DNA from: a virus
Virus record (IMG/VR): IMGVR_UViG_3300044956_001213
Coordinates: 6,118-70,117 of that record
Direction: 5' to 3' (one strand)
Length of the DNA: 64,000 nucleotides
Shown: positions 32,358 through 42,404 of the stretch, piece by piece
Numbering within the stretch: the first letter of the stretch is position 1
Layout of the letters: each line of letters opens with the position of its first letter
The notes under the pieces: model-generated
Database searches by the model: none
What the model saw: only the letters and a program-made list of their open reading frames with translations
What the model was told of the DNA's origin: nothing
Program-made: the position numbers and the translations under genes

Positions 32358-33275
32358 ATGAACGGCACCAGAACGCTAGTCGAAATGGGAGAACATTATG
32401 AGAAAACAGTTATTGAAGAAAAGAAGTCTGCTTTTCCTAATAAAGATACGTTTAAAGCTGTTACGGATAAAGTGCCTGTGGAAGCTAAGGCAGATAAAAA
32501 TGCATTTGTTCCTAAAAATTCTGGCCCTGAAAATGCTGATGGTTTTAAGAAGAATATTATAGATCCTAAGACATCTACTAATAAAAAAAACTTCTATGAG
32601 CCTAAAAAATACTCGCAAAACTATGAAAAAACAGAAGCAGAAACAATAAATAATTTTATGAATAAATCTATTTTTGACAAACTGTATGAGGATGTAATGT
32701 CCGATCAGTTGGAAGGCGATACCCAAGACGCAGAGGCTCTTGGTCTTCCTTCTGATGATACCGGTTCTGAAGATACCGGTGAAGAAGTAAGCTTTACGCT
32801 ACCTCGTGAAGCTGCTCAAAAGCTTCATGATGCTCTAGCTGCTGCTCTCGGTGGTGAAGAAGAGAAAGCAGATGAAGAGAGTGATCTAGATGTTGGTGAT
32901 GATGAAGCTAACGAAGAAAAAGACAAGAACGAGAAGGAAAAAGCTTCTGATGAAGACGCGGAAGAGAACGCTGAAGACGAAGAAAGCGAAGGTGTTGCTA
33001 AAGAAGCTACAGAGCTTAAGGAACTTCCCGATTCAGCCGGTCAATCTCTACAAAAGAAAGACAATAAAGTTGGCGACGTTACAAAGAGTTTGGTAGCCCA
33101 TGGTGCTGGTGATGGCAAAGTCACTGACAAAGTTGGTAACGATGGTGAAAAAGGTCATGCTCTAGTAGGTGCAGGTGTTAAAGGTGGCGCTCCTACATCT
33201 CCCAAGGGTAAGGCAAATGTAGTTGTTAATGCAAAGACCTCTAAGGTAGGTGCTTACCTAGCTGGATTAAAATAA
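32358..33275 (+). CDS. Acidic low-complexity late protein (possible prohead core/internal protein)
   Basis: ATAAATA at 32345-32351; E/D-rich centre; several L/I-x-E sites; followed by a terminator. Confidence 0.5.
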   Translation: MNGTRTLVEMGEHYEKTVIEEKKSAFPNKDTFKAVTDKVPVEAKADKNAFVPKNSGPENADGFKKNIIDPKTSTNKKNFYEPKKYSQNYEKTEAETINNFMNKSIFDKLYEDVMSDQLEGDTQDAEALGLPSDDTGSEDTGEEVSFTLPREAAQKLHDALAAALGGEEEKADEESDLDVGDDEANEEKDKNEKEKASDEDAEENAEDEESEGVAKEATELKELPDSAGQSLQKKDNKVGDVTKSLVAHGAGDGKVTDKVGNDGEKGHALVGAGVKGGAPTSPKGKANVVVNAKTSKVGAYLAGLK

Positions 33276-33304
33276 ATTAGCGCTAGTCAAAAATAGTAAA
33301 AATT

Positions 33305-33328
33305 AGGGCCTAATAGGCCCTTTTTTTT
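33305..33328 (+). terminator. Rho-independent terminator
   Basis: AGGGCCTA-A-TAGGCCCT inverted repeat followed by a T run. Confidence 0.85.
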
Positions 33329-33342
33329 GCTTAAATACTATT

Positions 33343-33663
33343 GTGAACACTTTTAAAGACCATTGGAGAAAATTCAATAAAAAAGGCGATTTTGTTAGTA
33401 AACGCCATGAAGGTCTAGGTACAACAATCGCCTCACAAAGTAGATTTGTACCAAAGTCACATAGATCAATACATAAAAATCAAAAGGTAGTTGGCTTGTT
33501 AAGAAAAACCAGTGGTAAAACAATTCTTAACAGCGCTGAAATAAAGCAAATAGAAGATGAGTTTAACATTAAGTATACTAGTACCACGCCTAAGAAACTT
33601 GGAAATACAGGTATATCGCTAAGGTTTGATCCAGTAATACAAAAGCCTGTATTGGAGAAATAA
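33343..33663 (+). CDS. Hypothetical basic late protein
   Basis: TAAATA-N5-GTG; abuts the neck gene. Confidence 0.6.
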   Translation: MNTFKDHWRKFNKKGDFVSKRHEGLGTTIASQSRFVPKSHRSIHKNQKVVGLLRKTSGKTILNSAEIKQIEDEFNIKYTSTTPKKLGNTGISLRFDPVIQKPVLEK

Positions 33664-34389
33664 ATGTATACATCCTACTACACCGGCAATAAAGATCCAA
33701 AAGTGTATCCGTTTTTATTTGAAAATAACGTCTGCTTTAGGTATACAAATAAAGAAAATAATCAATGTGAGCGAAATATGGTATCAAATTGGTGGAGAGA
33801 GCAAATTAACCTTTATGGTCAGAAAGTAGGTTATATAGTTAATAGCACATCTACTTTAAGCGCAGATATGCTTTATGGAGAGCAACCAACTCAAAAGTAT
33901 GAAGAGCCGCAAAATATAATAATAGCTATTAATTTAAATGAAAACGCTTTAATGCTTAGTAAATTTGGAATGGTTTCTGATGATGAGGTAACTGCTTTTA
34001 TTCATATAAGTTCATTTTATGCAACGTTTGGTCGAGATACGGAGCCTAAATCAGGCGATTTATTTCAGCTAATAGAATATGGAAGTGACCGACCTGGTAG
34101 TAGAAATGGTAACATTTATGAAATTACACAGAGATTAGATCAAGATATAGCTCAAATAAATCCGCTAGCAGGCCATTACGTTTGGTTAATAAAAGCTAAG
34201 AGATTTGAATATTCGTTCGAACCGGGGGTAAATCAAGAAGCTCAGAATAATCAAATTTTTGAAGATACAAAATACGCATTTGCATCTGGTGCAAATAAGC
34301 CTTACGACTATAATGTAAGTGAGGCCAGTAAAAAAGTTTTTGATTATACTAAAACCGATTATAGTGATGTGTATGGTGGGTATAATTAA
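33664..34389 (+). CDS. gp14: Neck/head-closure protein (gp14-like)
   Basis: EQINLYGQKVGYI...LYGE...LSKFG...PKSGDL...FEYS. Confidence 0.75.
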   Translation: MYTSYYTGNKDPKVYPFLFENNVCFRYTNKENNQCERNMVSNWWREQINLYGQKVGYIVNSTSTLSADMLYGEQPTQKYEEPQNIIIAINLNENALMLSKFGMVSDDEVTAFIHISSFYATFGRDTEPKSGDLFQLIEYGSDRPGSRNGNIYEITQRLDQDIAQINPLAGHYVWLIKAKRFEYSFEPGVNQEAQNNQIFEDTKYAFASGANKPYDYNVSEASKKVFDYTKTDYSDVYGGYN

Positions 34390-34658
34390 TCACTTATTGT
34401 ATCAATAATATTGTCCTCTACTTTTTCGTAATTTGGAAGCTTTTCATTTTTAAATTTGGAGATAAACAAATCTGCTTCTCTACACGATTTAAATTCTACT
34501 TGAATTTTTTCTTTTAAAGAATTTAAAAAAGTATATAGAACTTTATTATCTTTTTTAGAAATAGATATAAGTGAAAACGTTAACCCGGGTCTAAATCGCT
34601 TATCACCAGTTAAAATTTTTTGAGCTACTGTAAAGCTGGTTCCGGCGATGTAATGCAT
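34386..34658 (-). CDS. Hypothetical protein
   Basis: ORF in an overlapping minus-strand operon. Confidence 0.55.
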   Translation of the reverse strand: MHYIAGTSFTVAQKILTGDKRFRPGLTFSLISISKKDNKVLYTFLNSLKEKIQVEFKSCREADLFISKFKNEKLPNYEKVEDNIIDTISD

Positions 34659-34939
34659 TTTGTTTTCTTAATTTTAAAATTAACACCTTCGTTAGATACT
34701 ACTTCATTTATCATTGAATCAAATCTTTCTACAATATATTTTTGAAAAGCTAGCGGCTTAACCCAATCTATGTCTTTATTACGTAAGTCTACTTTAAACA
34801 GTATTGCCTTGCGAGAAATAATGTCTAAAGCTTCAATAAGACAGAGCCATCTTGTATATTCTTCAGGCTTTAATTTTATTTTACCTTTAGAAGTTTCAAT
34901 TACTATATTCTTTCTTAAGGAGTCCGATTGCATATCCAA
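34625..34939 (-). CDS. Hypothetical protein
   Basis: ORF in an overlapping operon. Confidence 0.55.
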   Translation of the reverse strand: MDMQSDSLRKNIVIETSKGKIKLKPEEYTRWLCLIEALDIISRKAILFKVDLRNKDIDWVKPLAFQKYIVERFDSMINEVVSNEGVNFKIKKTKCITSPEPALQ

Positions 34940-35348
34940 GAATTATTAAGGTAATATTATTAGCGTCAAGCAAATTTTTATTAATATTTAAATTTGTTAA
35001 AATATTATAATGAGATTCAAAATTTTGTCTTAAAGTATTAATAATATTTTTTATCTCAAAGGAGATAGTGTCTTTATAATTAGAATTAATATCGCTATCA
35101 GCTATAGCCTTGCAAACCGCTTCAGAAAGTAAACTTATAAGATTTTTAATAATATTTTTTGACGACGTAATATCATGCTTAGAAAACATAACACCTAAGT
35201 CAAATGAAGCTAGCTCCTTTGAGTTACAAGCTCTACGAATTACAGTAATAATGTCTTCTAAGGGGATGGGTGAAGATGTAGCTATTGACATTAACGGGTC
35301 AGGTGGTACCGTTGTAATTAGCTTTTCTATGCTTTCAGATATTTGCAT
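34896..35348 (-). CDS. Hypothetical protein
   Basis: ORF in an overlapping operon. Confidence 0.55.
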   Translation of the reverse strand: MQISESIEKLITTVPPDPLMSIATSSPIPLEDIITVIRRACNSKELASFDLGVMFSKHDITSSKNIIKNLISLLSEAVCKAIADSDINSNYKDTISFEIKNIINTLRQNFESHYNILTNLNINKNLLDANNITLIILGYAIGLLKKEYSN

Positions 35349-35769
35349 TGATTAAGCCTTTTGCAAGTACAGTTTCAATATGCTGTAAGCTAGAATCTGC
35401 GGGTTCTGTTACTATCGCGGTTTCAGAACTAATATACACACCTATATTTTTCTTACACTCTGTACATTTATAATAGTTAGATGTATTTAATTTAATGGGA
35501 ACAAACTCTTTAATTTGCTTGTGACAAGGGCATATGACTTCCAAGCCTTGAAAAGAGAGTTGTCTTAGTTTTTCTATTTCTAGTTTTTTATTTTTAAAAG
35601 AAGCAACTATATCTAGGATAGATGAGAATCCATAAAAAACAGCATATTGAAAAATAGTTCCTACTAAAAACCCAACTACTAAATTAATAGAAAAATAATT
35701 TAAAAATATTGCAATAATAGTGGAAACAGTAAATAAAAATAAAAGCTGTAATGCTAACTTTTTAAACAT
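35335..35769 (-). CDS. Membrane protein with two N-terminal TM helices and a CPC...CxxC putative Zn ribbon
   Basis: Hydrophobic residues about 5-50; ICPCHK...KCTECK; promoter TTGATA-N16-TATAAT-N6-ATG. Confidence 0.6.
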   Translation of the reverse strand: MFKKLALQLLFLFTVSTIIAIFLNYFSINLVVGFLVGTIFQYAVFYGFSSILDIVASFKNKKLEIEKLRQLSFQGLEVICPCHKQIKEFVPIKLNTSNYYKCTECKKNIGVYISSETAIVTEPADSSLQHIETVLAKGLINANI

Positions 35770-35789
35770 TTAATTATTATATAATATTA

Positions 35790-36179
35790 TTACTTTTTAT
35801 CAACTTTTTTGTCAACAGGCACTCTGGTGTCAGCAAATATAGATTTTAATTCATTAATAATTTTAGTTAACTTTTCAATTATATTTAGTACTTGAAGTTT
35901 TGCGGCTTTATTTTCTTGCACTACTGGATTCTTCAATGCCTGCATAAATAGCATTTTTGAATTGCATGCATTAATGTATAGATCACCAAGCTGCTGTATT
36001 ACTCCATTGATAGGGTAGGGTAATACTTTGTCCGCTTGTGCATTATTAGGAAATTGATCTACAGTTTTATCAAATAAATCTTTTAATGTAACTTGTTGTG
36101 TTGCAAGCTCTCTAGAGGCTATACCTGAAACCCATTTATTATAATTCATAATCTCTTCAAATAAAAGCTTTGATTTCAC
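35790..36179 (-). CDS. Hypothetical late protein
   Basis: ATAAATA-N5-GTG; begins MKSKLLFE. Confidence 0.6.
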   Translation of the reverse strand: MKSKLLFEEIMNYNKWVSGIASRELATQQVTLKDLFDKTVDQFPNNAQADKVLPYPINGVIQQLGDLYINACNSKMLFMQALKNPVVQENKAAKLQVLNIIEKLTKIINELKSIFADTRVPVDKKVDKK

Positions 36180-36212
36180 AAGATTATTTATTCAAATAAA
36201 ATAAATATTTTT

Positions 36213-36614
36213 ATGAAGTTTTTCGAACATAAGTTTAATACGTTGTTGGAAGCAGATTTAGAATCGCCAGATCAAAAACCAGCTACAGATAAAGAAGCTA
36301 TGGCACAGGCTCTTGATACGGCTAAGCCAGAGGATTTTAACGTTAGGGGTGGTAGAGAGCAAGTACAGGATCACAAAAAAAATGAACAAATTCAAAAATT
36401 AAATGTTTGGATAAGTCGTATAGATGAATTTATAAATTTTTTGAATAGCACAGATGCTAGTAGTATGCAAGTTCAATTACACACTGCAGCATGCGATTCG
36501 ATTTTTGAAGACATAGCAAGAAGTGAAAAAAAGAAGATAGCAAGGTTAGCCGCAGAACTTAGCTCATTAAGCGAATCATTAAAAGGCTATTTAATTTCAG
36601 CTAACGACAGATAA
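36213..36614 (+). CDS. Hypothetical late protein (capsid-targeting-like N-terminus)
   Basis: ATAAATA-N5-ATG; begins MKFFEHKFNTLLE. Confidence 0.6.
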   Translation: MKFFEHKFNTLLEADLESPDQKPATDKEAMAQALDTAKPEDFNVRGGREQVQDHKKNEQIQKLNVWISRIDEFINFLNSTDASSMQVQLHTAACDSIFEDIARSEKKKIARLAAELSSLSESLKGYLISANDR

Positions 36615-37635
36615 CAGAAGACAATAAATTAGCTTTTAAACCTTGATGAGAATTTTCTATAAAAAATCCCGGATCAATATTGTCGAAATTTTTATCTATA
36701 CAATATTCATTAACATCTTTATAAGATTTTCCTAAGTCTTCGGGCCATATAAAAACCCTTTCACCACTATCAATTAATTTTTTTGTTTTAGTTTTACTAG
36801 CTTTATCTTGCCATTGACTATCTAGTACCCATATTTTTTTATAAAAAGGAAATAAAGATAATTGTTTTTGCTGGAGTGCCGAAAACGTGTTATGGCTATT
36901 TTCTTGAATTCCTGCGACGGCTATGCCGTTTTTAACAAAAAATGCATCAATAGGTCCTTCAAAAATAAATATGTAATCGAGTTCTTCGGATATTTTATTT
37001 ATATTATACAAAGACTTTTCACCGTTTATCTTGCTTAGATATTTGGGATAAAGTTTTGCATCTTTATCATAAATTAACCTGGTTTGATAAAAAATAACTT
37101 CATTATTTTCATTATAAAATGGTATTATTATTCTGTTTTTATGAACTTTATCATTTAGAGATACAAATAACGCATCAGGTCTATTAATGGCAGTATCAAG
37201 TCTACGCTTTTTAACTAGCGATACTGCATCCCTAATCACTGTATTGTTGTTAAAATATTTTATTTGATTGCTATCAAATATGTTAATGCAGTCAGCGGGG
37301 AGCCGATGAGGTGTTTTCGGAATAAAAATATCGCTATCAGAAATAAGACTGTTGAGCGGTAATATATCAAATTCTTTAGATTCATTTAATATTTCATTAA
37401 ATCTAAGACCAGTTACTTCCGTTATCCATTTAATGGGATCACTATACCATCCGCAATTATGACAACATATAGCATTGTCATCTACTATATAAACGCATCT
37501 TCTTTTCTTACCCCAAGATTTGCCCTCGCGACATATTGGGCAGCCAGCAATATACGTATTACTATTTTTTTTAAATTGAGGATATCCCGCGTGTTGATAG
37601 AATTTTTGTAAAAAATATTCAAACGGTATTAGCAC
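36601..37635 (-). CDS. gp61: DNA primase
   Basis: CPIC...CHNCG Zn finger, RIIIPFY, TOPRIM FEGPIDA and KDVNE. Confidence 0.9.
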   Translation of the reverse strand: MLIPFEYFLQKFYQHAGYPQFKKNSNTYIAGCPICREGKSWGKKRRCVYIVDDNAICCHNCGWYSDPIKWITEVTGLRFNEILNESKEFDILPLNSLISDSDIFIPKTPHRLPADCINIFDSNQIKYFNNNTVIRDAVSLVKKRRLDTAINRPDALFVSLNDKVHKNRIIIPFYNENNEVIFYQTRLIYDKDAKLYPKYLSKINGEKSLYNINKISEELDYIFIFEGPIDAFFVKNGIAVAGIQENSHNTFSALQQKQLSLFPFYKKIWVLDSQWQDKASKTKTKKLIDSGERVFIWPEDLGKSYKDVNEYCIDKNFDNIDPGFFIENSHQGLKANLLSSVICR

Positions 37636-37669
37636 ATTACAATTATAGTCAAAAATCTATAAAAAACAA
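37636..37669 (-). promoter_or_regulatory. Sigma70-type promoter TTGTTT-N16-TATAAT-N6-GTG (leaderless)
   Basis: -35 at 37664-37669; -10 at 37642-37647. Confidence 0.7.
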
Positions 37670-37672
37670 GGA

Positions 37673-37864
37673 TTATTTATTCTCTTTGTCTTTTACGATG
37701 TCTTTTACTGATACTGTTCCTTTTCTAATAAAAGTACCGCTAGCTGGATCAATATATTCTGCTTCTACAATCTCTTTACCTTCGCGTATTTGCGTGCGAA
37801 GTCTCGGTTTAACTAGCTGCCCGCTAATAGGTGAAACAATAGGCTTAGGGGTAATAAAGTCCAT
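37673..37864 (-). CDS. Small hypothetical late protein
   Basis: ATAAATA-N5-ATG. Confidence 0.6.
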   Translation of the reverse strand: MDFITPKPIVSPISGQLVKPRLRTQIREGKEIVEAEYIDPASGTFIRKGTVSVKDIVKDKENK

Positions 37865-37887
37865 AAAGCTATTTATGCTAATGATAT

Positions 37888-38172
37888 CTAATTTAAAGAT
37901 GTGTTTTTATTGTATTGCGCTCTACACACATCGTATACATTTAAAGGCATTTTATCTGCAATATCAATAATTCTTTCGGTTAACCCAAACTCAAATTTCT
38001 TTATAGGTACTTCCCTTATTTTCATTTCAGGTAAAGATAGAAAGTAATACGTTTTTTCCTTAGTTTCCATATAAACGAACAGTTCTCCTAAATAAACACC
38101 CCTAGTAATCGCATAAACATACTTTTTCTTTGGGTGTTTTATAAAATTAAAAATCATAATACTTTTATACAA
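37888..38172 (-). CDS. Hypothetical protein
   Basis: ORF in an operon with the rhamnose synthase. Confidence 0.5.
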   Translation of the reverse strand: MYKSIMIFNFIKHPKKKYVYAITRGVYLGELFVYMETKEKTYYFLSLPEMKIREVPIKKFEFGLTERIIDIADKMPLNVYDVCRAQYNKNTSLN

Positions 38173-38993
38173 TCTTCTACAGATTTAAAAGATCCTGGTA
38201 ATTCTAGGCCCATAGTTTTAATTTTATTGGTAGATAAAACACAATTAGATCTACCTGCAATAATATTTAAATCTGAAATATCTACAAAATTCCAATTAGG
38301 ATTGACTTTGTTGTGTTTCTTGAAAATATCAACAACCTCTTTTGCATCCATAGGCCCGGGGTTGACAACATTAAAAATACCTGGTGAATAAAATTCTGTA
38401 ATAAATTTTTCTGTAAAAAGACAGAGATCATATACATTAGTAAAGCTGTTTTTAAAACTAATTAGATTGTCATATTTTAAAATTTTATAAAGATAATTTT
38501 TATTTTCTTTAGTATTAGTAAAAGGCATTCTTATTCTAAAAATAGCAGAATGGTTTTTATTAAAAATAGTTTCAAACGCATGTTTACATTTAGAATAAAA
38601 ACTTGACACGTTGCTGTAAAGTCCAAAATTGGGAATATCGATTTCTGAATATTCTGTATCATAACCTGAGTAAATACACCCGCTGGAAATATGAACACAT
38701 TTAATATTGTAGTCGCTACATACTTTATCAATAGTATTAGGAGCCACAACATTATAAAGCCAGCACAAGTCTTTGTTAAGCTCGCAAGCATCAACGTTTG
38801 GTACCCCGGTATAGCCTGAGCAATTTATAACAACATAAAAGTTATTATCTCTAATAAATTTTGCGAGTTTATAGTCACTTTTATAATCAATTATATCTTG
38901 ACTGGCAAAAAATACATTGTGATTTTTGTCGTTTAAAAAATTGTTTAGGTGGGTTCCAATAAAGCCGCGACCTAGTATTAAAATTTTATTCAC
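38154..38993 (-). CDS. NDP-4-keto-6-deoxyglucose 3,5-epimerase/4-reductase (RmlD/NRS-ER family, NDP-rhamnose synthesis)
   Basis: GRGFIG Rossmann motif, GYTGVPNVDACE, SSGCIY, FYSKCK (YxxxK) and RIRMP. Confidence 0.8.
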   Translation of the reverse strand: MNKILILGRGFIGTHLNNFLNDKNHNVFFASQDIIDYKSDYKLAKFIRDNNFYVVINCSGYTGVPNVDACELNKDLCWLYNVVAPNTIDKVCSDYNIKCVHISSGCIYSGYDTEYSEIDIPNFGLYSNVSSFYSKCKHAFETIFNKNHSAIFRIRMPFTNTKENKNYLYKILKYDNLISFKNSFTNVYDLCLFTEKFITEFYSPGIFNVVNPGPMDAKEVVDIFKKHNKVNPNWNFVDISDLNIIAGRSNCVLSTNKIKTMGLELPGSFKSVEDCIKVL

Positions 38994-39016
38994 TAATTAT
39001 TTTAAGATAAAAAAAA

Positions 39017-39343
39017 TCAGTCTCCAGGCAAATCTTTTTCCCTGTTGTTATACATAAACTTATTAAGTAAAGCCCCCAATGAATCAGCTTCTTGTTGATT
39101 ATGAGCGGAAATCACAGTTACCGGTTCGCCGCTAAAATTGTAACCTATCAAAATAAAACAGCTTAAAAATTCTAAAATCTCACTACTAAGAGCATCTAGA
39201 TCAATTTTATTTGACGCTCTTTCGTTTATCTTGTCATTAATATAAGACTTTAAAGCTTTATGAGTAAGCTCTTTGATATCCTTATTTGCATTAGGATCAA
39301 ATTTTTGCTTTTTGCTATCATCAGATGACTTGTTTTTCATCAT
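39017..39343 (-). CDS. Hypothetical protein
   Basis: ORF track; operon context. Confidence 0.55.
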   Translation of the reverse strand: MMKNKSSDDSKKQKFDPNANKDIKELTHKALKSYINDKINERASNKIDLDALSSEILEFLSCFILIGYNFSGEPVTVISAHNQQEADSLGALLNKFMYNNREKDLPGD

Positions 39344-39695
39344 AGTTATTTAATCCTTTTGACAAGTATCTATTGCGGCCATGGTAATCTATATTATTTG
39401 AAACACCATGTCTAATCAAATAATCAATAATGACTTCTATACTGTCTGTTTTAATATAGAAATTTTTAGGTATTCTTCTGCCACCATCATTAAATTCAAA
39501 CAAAACTTCGTTTATATTTTCTTTATTTAAATAACAAGTAATTAAAACAGAAGATTCGCTAGGATTGACCATTACAGTCCACTGTCTGGGATCTTGCTTA
39601 GAATATACATTAAAAATTTTAATTACAATAAACCCATTATCGCGTAGCCTCTTTATAAAATAACTAGGTGTGCGTACTTTATTTTTGCTGCTCAT
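39321..39695 (-). CDS. Hypothetical protein
   Basis: ORF track; coupled to the clamp gene. Confidence 0.6.
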   Translation of the reverse strand: MSSKNKVRTPSYFIKRLRDNGFIVIKIFNVYSKQDPRQWTVMVNPSESSVLITCYLNKENINEVLFEFNDGGRRIPKNFYIKTDSIEVIIDYLIRHGVSNNIDYHGRNRYLSKGLNNYDEKQVI

Positions 39696-40426
39696 TAATT
39701 TGCTAAAGCAGATATAATAAATTTAAACTTTGCAATATCAAAGGTTAAATCAAATGTAACTACTCCTAATTTTGTTATTATTTGAGAATTTATTTCATTA
39801 AATCTCATAGAAGAAATTATTCTAAATACTTCAAAATTCAAGGGTACCGGGACAGCAAACTGTGTTCCTTCATAGCTTGAAGATATATTAATACCATAAG
39901 AATCAACATTAGGGCGCATTTTATCAGTAAGTTCACCATATACAATATTGTCCTTTACCGAAAGATAAACTTTGTTCGTCTCAGTAGTAATAGAACTCCC
40001 TTTAATTAATCCTAATAATGAGTTATATGTGAATGAAAATTTACCGTCAAATTCAAAAGCTTTTAGCTTATCGATATTAAGCTTTGGCGATGAAATAATA
40101 TTATCATCGAACAAATAATATTTAAATCTTACGTTAGATGATTTATAGCCTATAAAATTCGAAGATATGTCGAGCTCTATAGATTTTTCCTCTATGCAAG
40201 AAATGACTCTACAAAGCTTTTTTAAGTCAGGAATATTAAGTGTTTTAAAAGATATATTTTCCGACTCTATATATTCTGAAAAAACAATAACTGTATTATC
40301 AGAAGTTGATACTAAAGAAGTAATTTTTTCTTTATCGATTTTTACTACTGCGCTATCTGAAATTTTGCTTAATGGTATTAAAAAATTATTTAAAAATTTC
40401 TCTCTGTCAGCTATCTTGAGCATCAT
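39695..40426 (-). CDS. gp45: Sliding clamp (gp45-like)
   Basis: 243 aa with a two-domain beta-alpha-beta pattern (LNIPDLKKL, FIISAL C-terminus); replication cluster. Confidence 0.65.
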   Translation of the reverse strand: MMLKIADREKFLNNFLIPLSKISDSAVVKIDKEKITSLVSTSDNTVIVFSEYIESENISFKTLNIPDLKKLCRVISCIEEKSIELDISSNFIGYKSSNVRFKYYLFDDNIISSPKLNIDKLKAFEFDGKFSFTYNSLLGLIKGSSITTETNKVYLSVKDNIVYGELTDKMRPNVDSYGINISSSYEGTQFAVPVPLNFEVFRIISSMRFNEINSQIITKLGVVTFDLTFDIAKFKFIISALAN

Positions 40427-40451
40427 TTAATAATAATAACATACATATATA

Positions 40452-40865
40452 CTATTTCAAGGTGTTAAGTAAATTTTCTATTCTAATTAATTTATTGTTT
40501 ATGGCGTCTAAATGATCAAAAATAGACTTTGCGTAAGATGATTTTTCAAAATCAAACGTTAATTGATTGGGATCTTCTACCTGCTGTAAAGGCTGAAAAG
40601 GAATTGATACTTGACGCGTTTGAATACCGTTTTGAATAGATATATCTTTATTAATATTTATCCCTGCATTAACAATATTAGCGTTAGGAGGGCCTGCAAT
40701 AGAATTAATAACTTTTACTGGGTCAATTGTCATGCCCCTTAATGTAGAGCTTTCACCAATAATATTTTTGTTAAGCTCCTTCATTTCCCCAGTAAGATGC
40801 TGACCCATAAACTGAAGGGTAGCAATCTTTATTTCTTCTGGAGTAAGAGCTTTAAAAGTTTCCAT
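40452..40865 (-). CDS. Hypothetical protein
   Basis: Coupled to gp32; contains QLTFDF. Confidence 0.55.
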   Translation of the reverse strand: METFKALTPEEIKIATLQFMGQHLTGEMKELNKNIIGESSTLRGMTIDPVKVINSIAGPPNANIVNAGININKDISIQNGIQTRQVSIPFQPLQQVEDPNQLTFDFEKSSYAKSIFDHLDAINNKLIRIENLLNTLK

Positions 40866-41716
40866 TATAGATCTTTAAGAAGCTCATTAATAGAAGCATC
40901 ATCTTCTTCACTAGCCTTTAAAGGCGCTGACTTGACTACTGGCTTTACAGCTGGTGTAGGTGATGAAACAATTACTGAAGCGCTTTGCAAATCTTCATCA
41001 ATATCCTCAGTACTATGGTAATGAGTGTCTAAAATCTCTTTAAGCTCGTCGTAGCTTTTTACAGATACATACGACTCTAGATCAAATGCGCTACTGTAAA
41101 TCTTTTTAAACGAATCTTCATCTAAGCCCTCAATTTCTTTAGATGTAGAAAACTTCGAAGAGACGTAAGTGGGATATTCCCCTTGCTTTTCAACCTTAAT
41201 TCTCAAATTACACCCCTTAGAGGAAAGGTCAAAAATACGAGGACCGAGCTCTGTAGCTTCTTCTCCTTCAATAGCGTTCATAATAATTTTGTGAAGCTGT
41301 CTACCAAAGCGAAGCAGCTTTACTTTACCGTTATTGTCTGAATTAACAGGGTCATAAACGACATACACATTTACAAGCCAATTTTCACGGCGCCTTATAG
41401 CAAGTGCCTTTTCTTTTTCCTTTTCAGAACCTGTGCGTAAAATACGGTAACGTTCTTCAGCAATCGGGTCGCGTTGATTCCATGTAGTAGGGCTTACAAC
41501 AGTTACAAGTTGACCTGTAGAAAAGCTATTCCACCCATATGAATAATAGTGAAAAAATGTCTTAGCAGGGTCTTTTACATTAGGAAGCAATCTCACTATG
41601 TAAGTATTGCCTACCTCGCATCGCAAATAATCTTTAACCTTAGAGCTAATGTTCTCGTTGTTTTTTGTAAGCGCGCCCTTAATACTCTCAAACATGGAAT
41701 TGGTAAATGTATTCAT
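40865..41716 (-). CDS. gp32: Single-stranded DNA-binding protein
   Basis: IVRLLP, NVYVVYDP...NNGKVKLLRFGRQL, IFDLSSKGCNLRIK, SYDELK and an acidic tail. Confidence 0.88.
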   Translation of the reverse strand: MNTFTNSMFESIKGALTKNNENISSKVKDYLRCEVGNTYIVRLLPNVKDPAKTFFHYYSYGWNSFSTGQLVTVVSPTTWNQRDPIAEERYRILRTGSEKEKEKALAIRRRENWLVNVYVVYDPVNSDNNGKVKLLRFGRQLHKIIMNAIEGEEATELGPRIFDLSSKGCNLRIKVEKQGEYPTYVSSKFSTSKEIEGLDEDSFKKIYSSAFDLESYVSVKSYDELKEILDTHYHSTEDIDEDLQSASVIVSSPTPAVKPVVKSAPLKASEEDDASINELLKDL

Positions 41717-41747
41717 AAAAAAGATAATAGCATAAACTATTTTTAAA

Positions 41748-42404
41748 TCAAGTATTATTTGTAATTTTTTTTAAGCCTAAATCTACAAGCTTAATTGCTT
41801 TCTTTGAATTATAAAGCCTAGTTCTAAATAGTTGAATATTATTATAAAGATCTTCGCCAATAATATATTTTACTACTTCTGTGTCTCTTGAGCGTAGGTT
41901 CCTTTCAAAATTTTTATAATTTAATAGAGGATATACACACACATTGTGTTCTCTTAAGTGTAAGATAAAGGAAAATTCATTATTAGTTTTATGATCTATA
42001 TAAAACAACGGATTAATACCTTGCTTCCTGCAAAACTGGTTAATAAAAACAATAGACTTCTTAATATTGTTTAATTGTTCGTCACTGTCGGGATCTAAAT
42101 TTTCCTGTCTTTTATTAAACAATGTATAGGCTTTGGTAGCTTTTAATGAAAGGAAAAATTCTAACGGAAAGTATTTTTCGTCTGTATAAAGTGCGAAAGG
42201 AGCGCGAAAGAAATCTTCAACTTTAATATGAGGAAATCTTTTTAAAAAAGAAGATATCTTCTTAATAGATACAAAGCTCTTATCATCAAGTTTTTCGAAA
42301 TCTTTTCTTATTTTAAAGGGTAACTTATTATTGCTTCGTGAAACTCTTAAATAAGTATTGTAAATAAATTTATCAAATTCGGTAATCAATTGTAATATTT
42401 CCAT
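41748..42404 (-). CDS. Hypothetical protein, possibly a gp59-like helicase loader
   Basis: 218 aa, basic/aromatic, directly upstream of gp32 as gene 59 is in T4; no firm motif. Confidence 0.3.
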   Translation of the reverse strand: MEILQLITEFDKFIYNTYLRVSRSNNKLPFKIRKDFEKLDDKSFVSIKKISSFLKRFPHIKVEDFFRAPFALYTDEKYFPLEFFLSLKATKAYTLFNKRQENLDPDSDEQLNNIKKSIVFINQFCRKQGINPLFYIDHKTNNEFSFILHLREHNVCVYPLLNYKNFERNLRSRDTEVVKYIIGEDLYNNIQLFRTRLYNSKKAIKLVDLGLKKITNNT

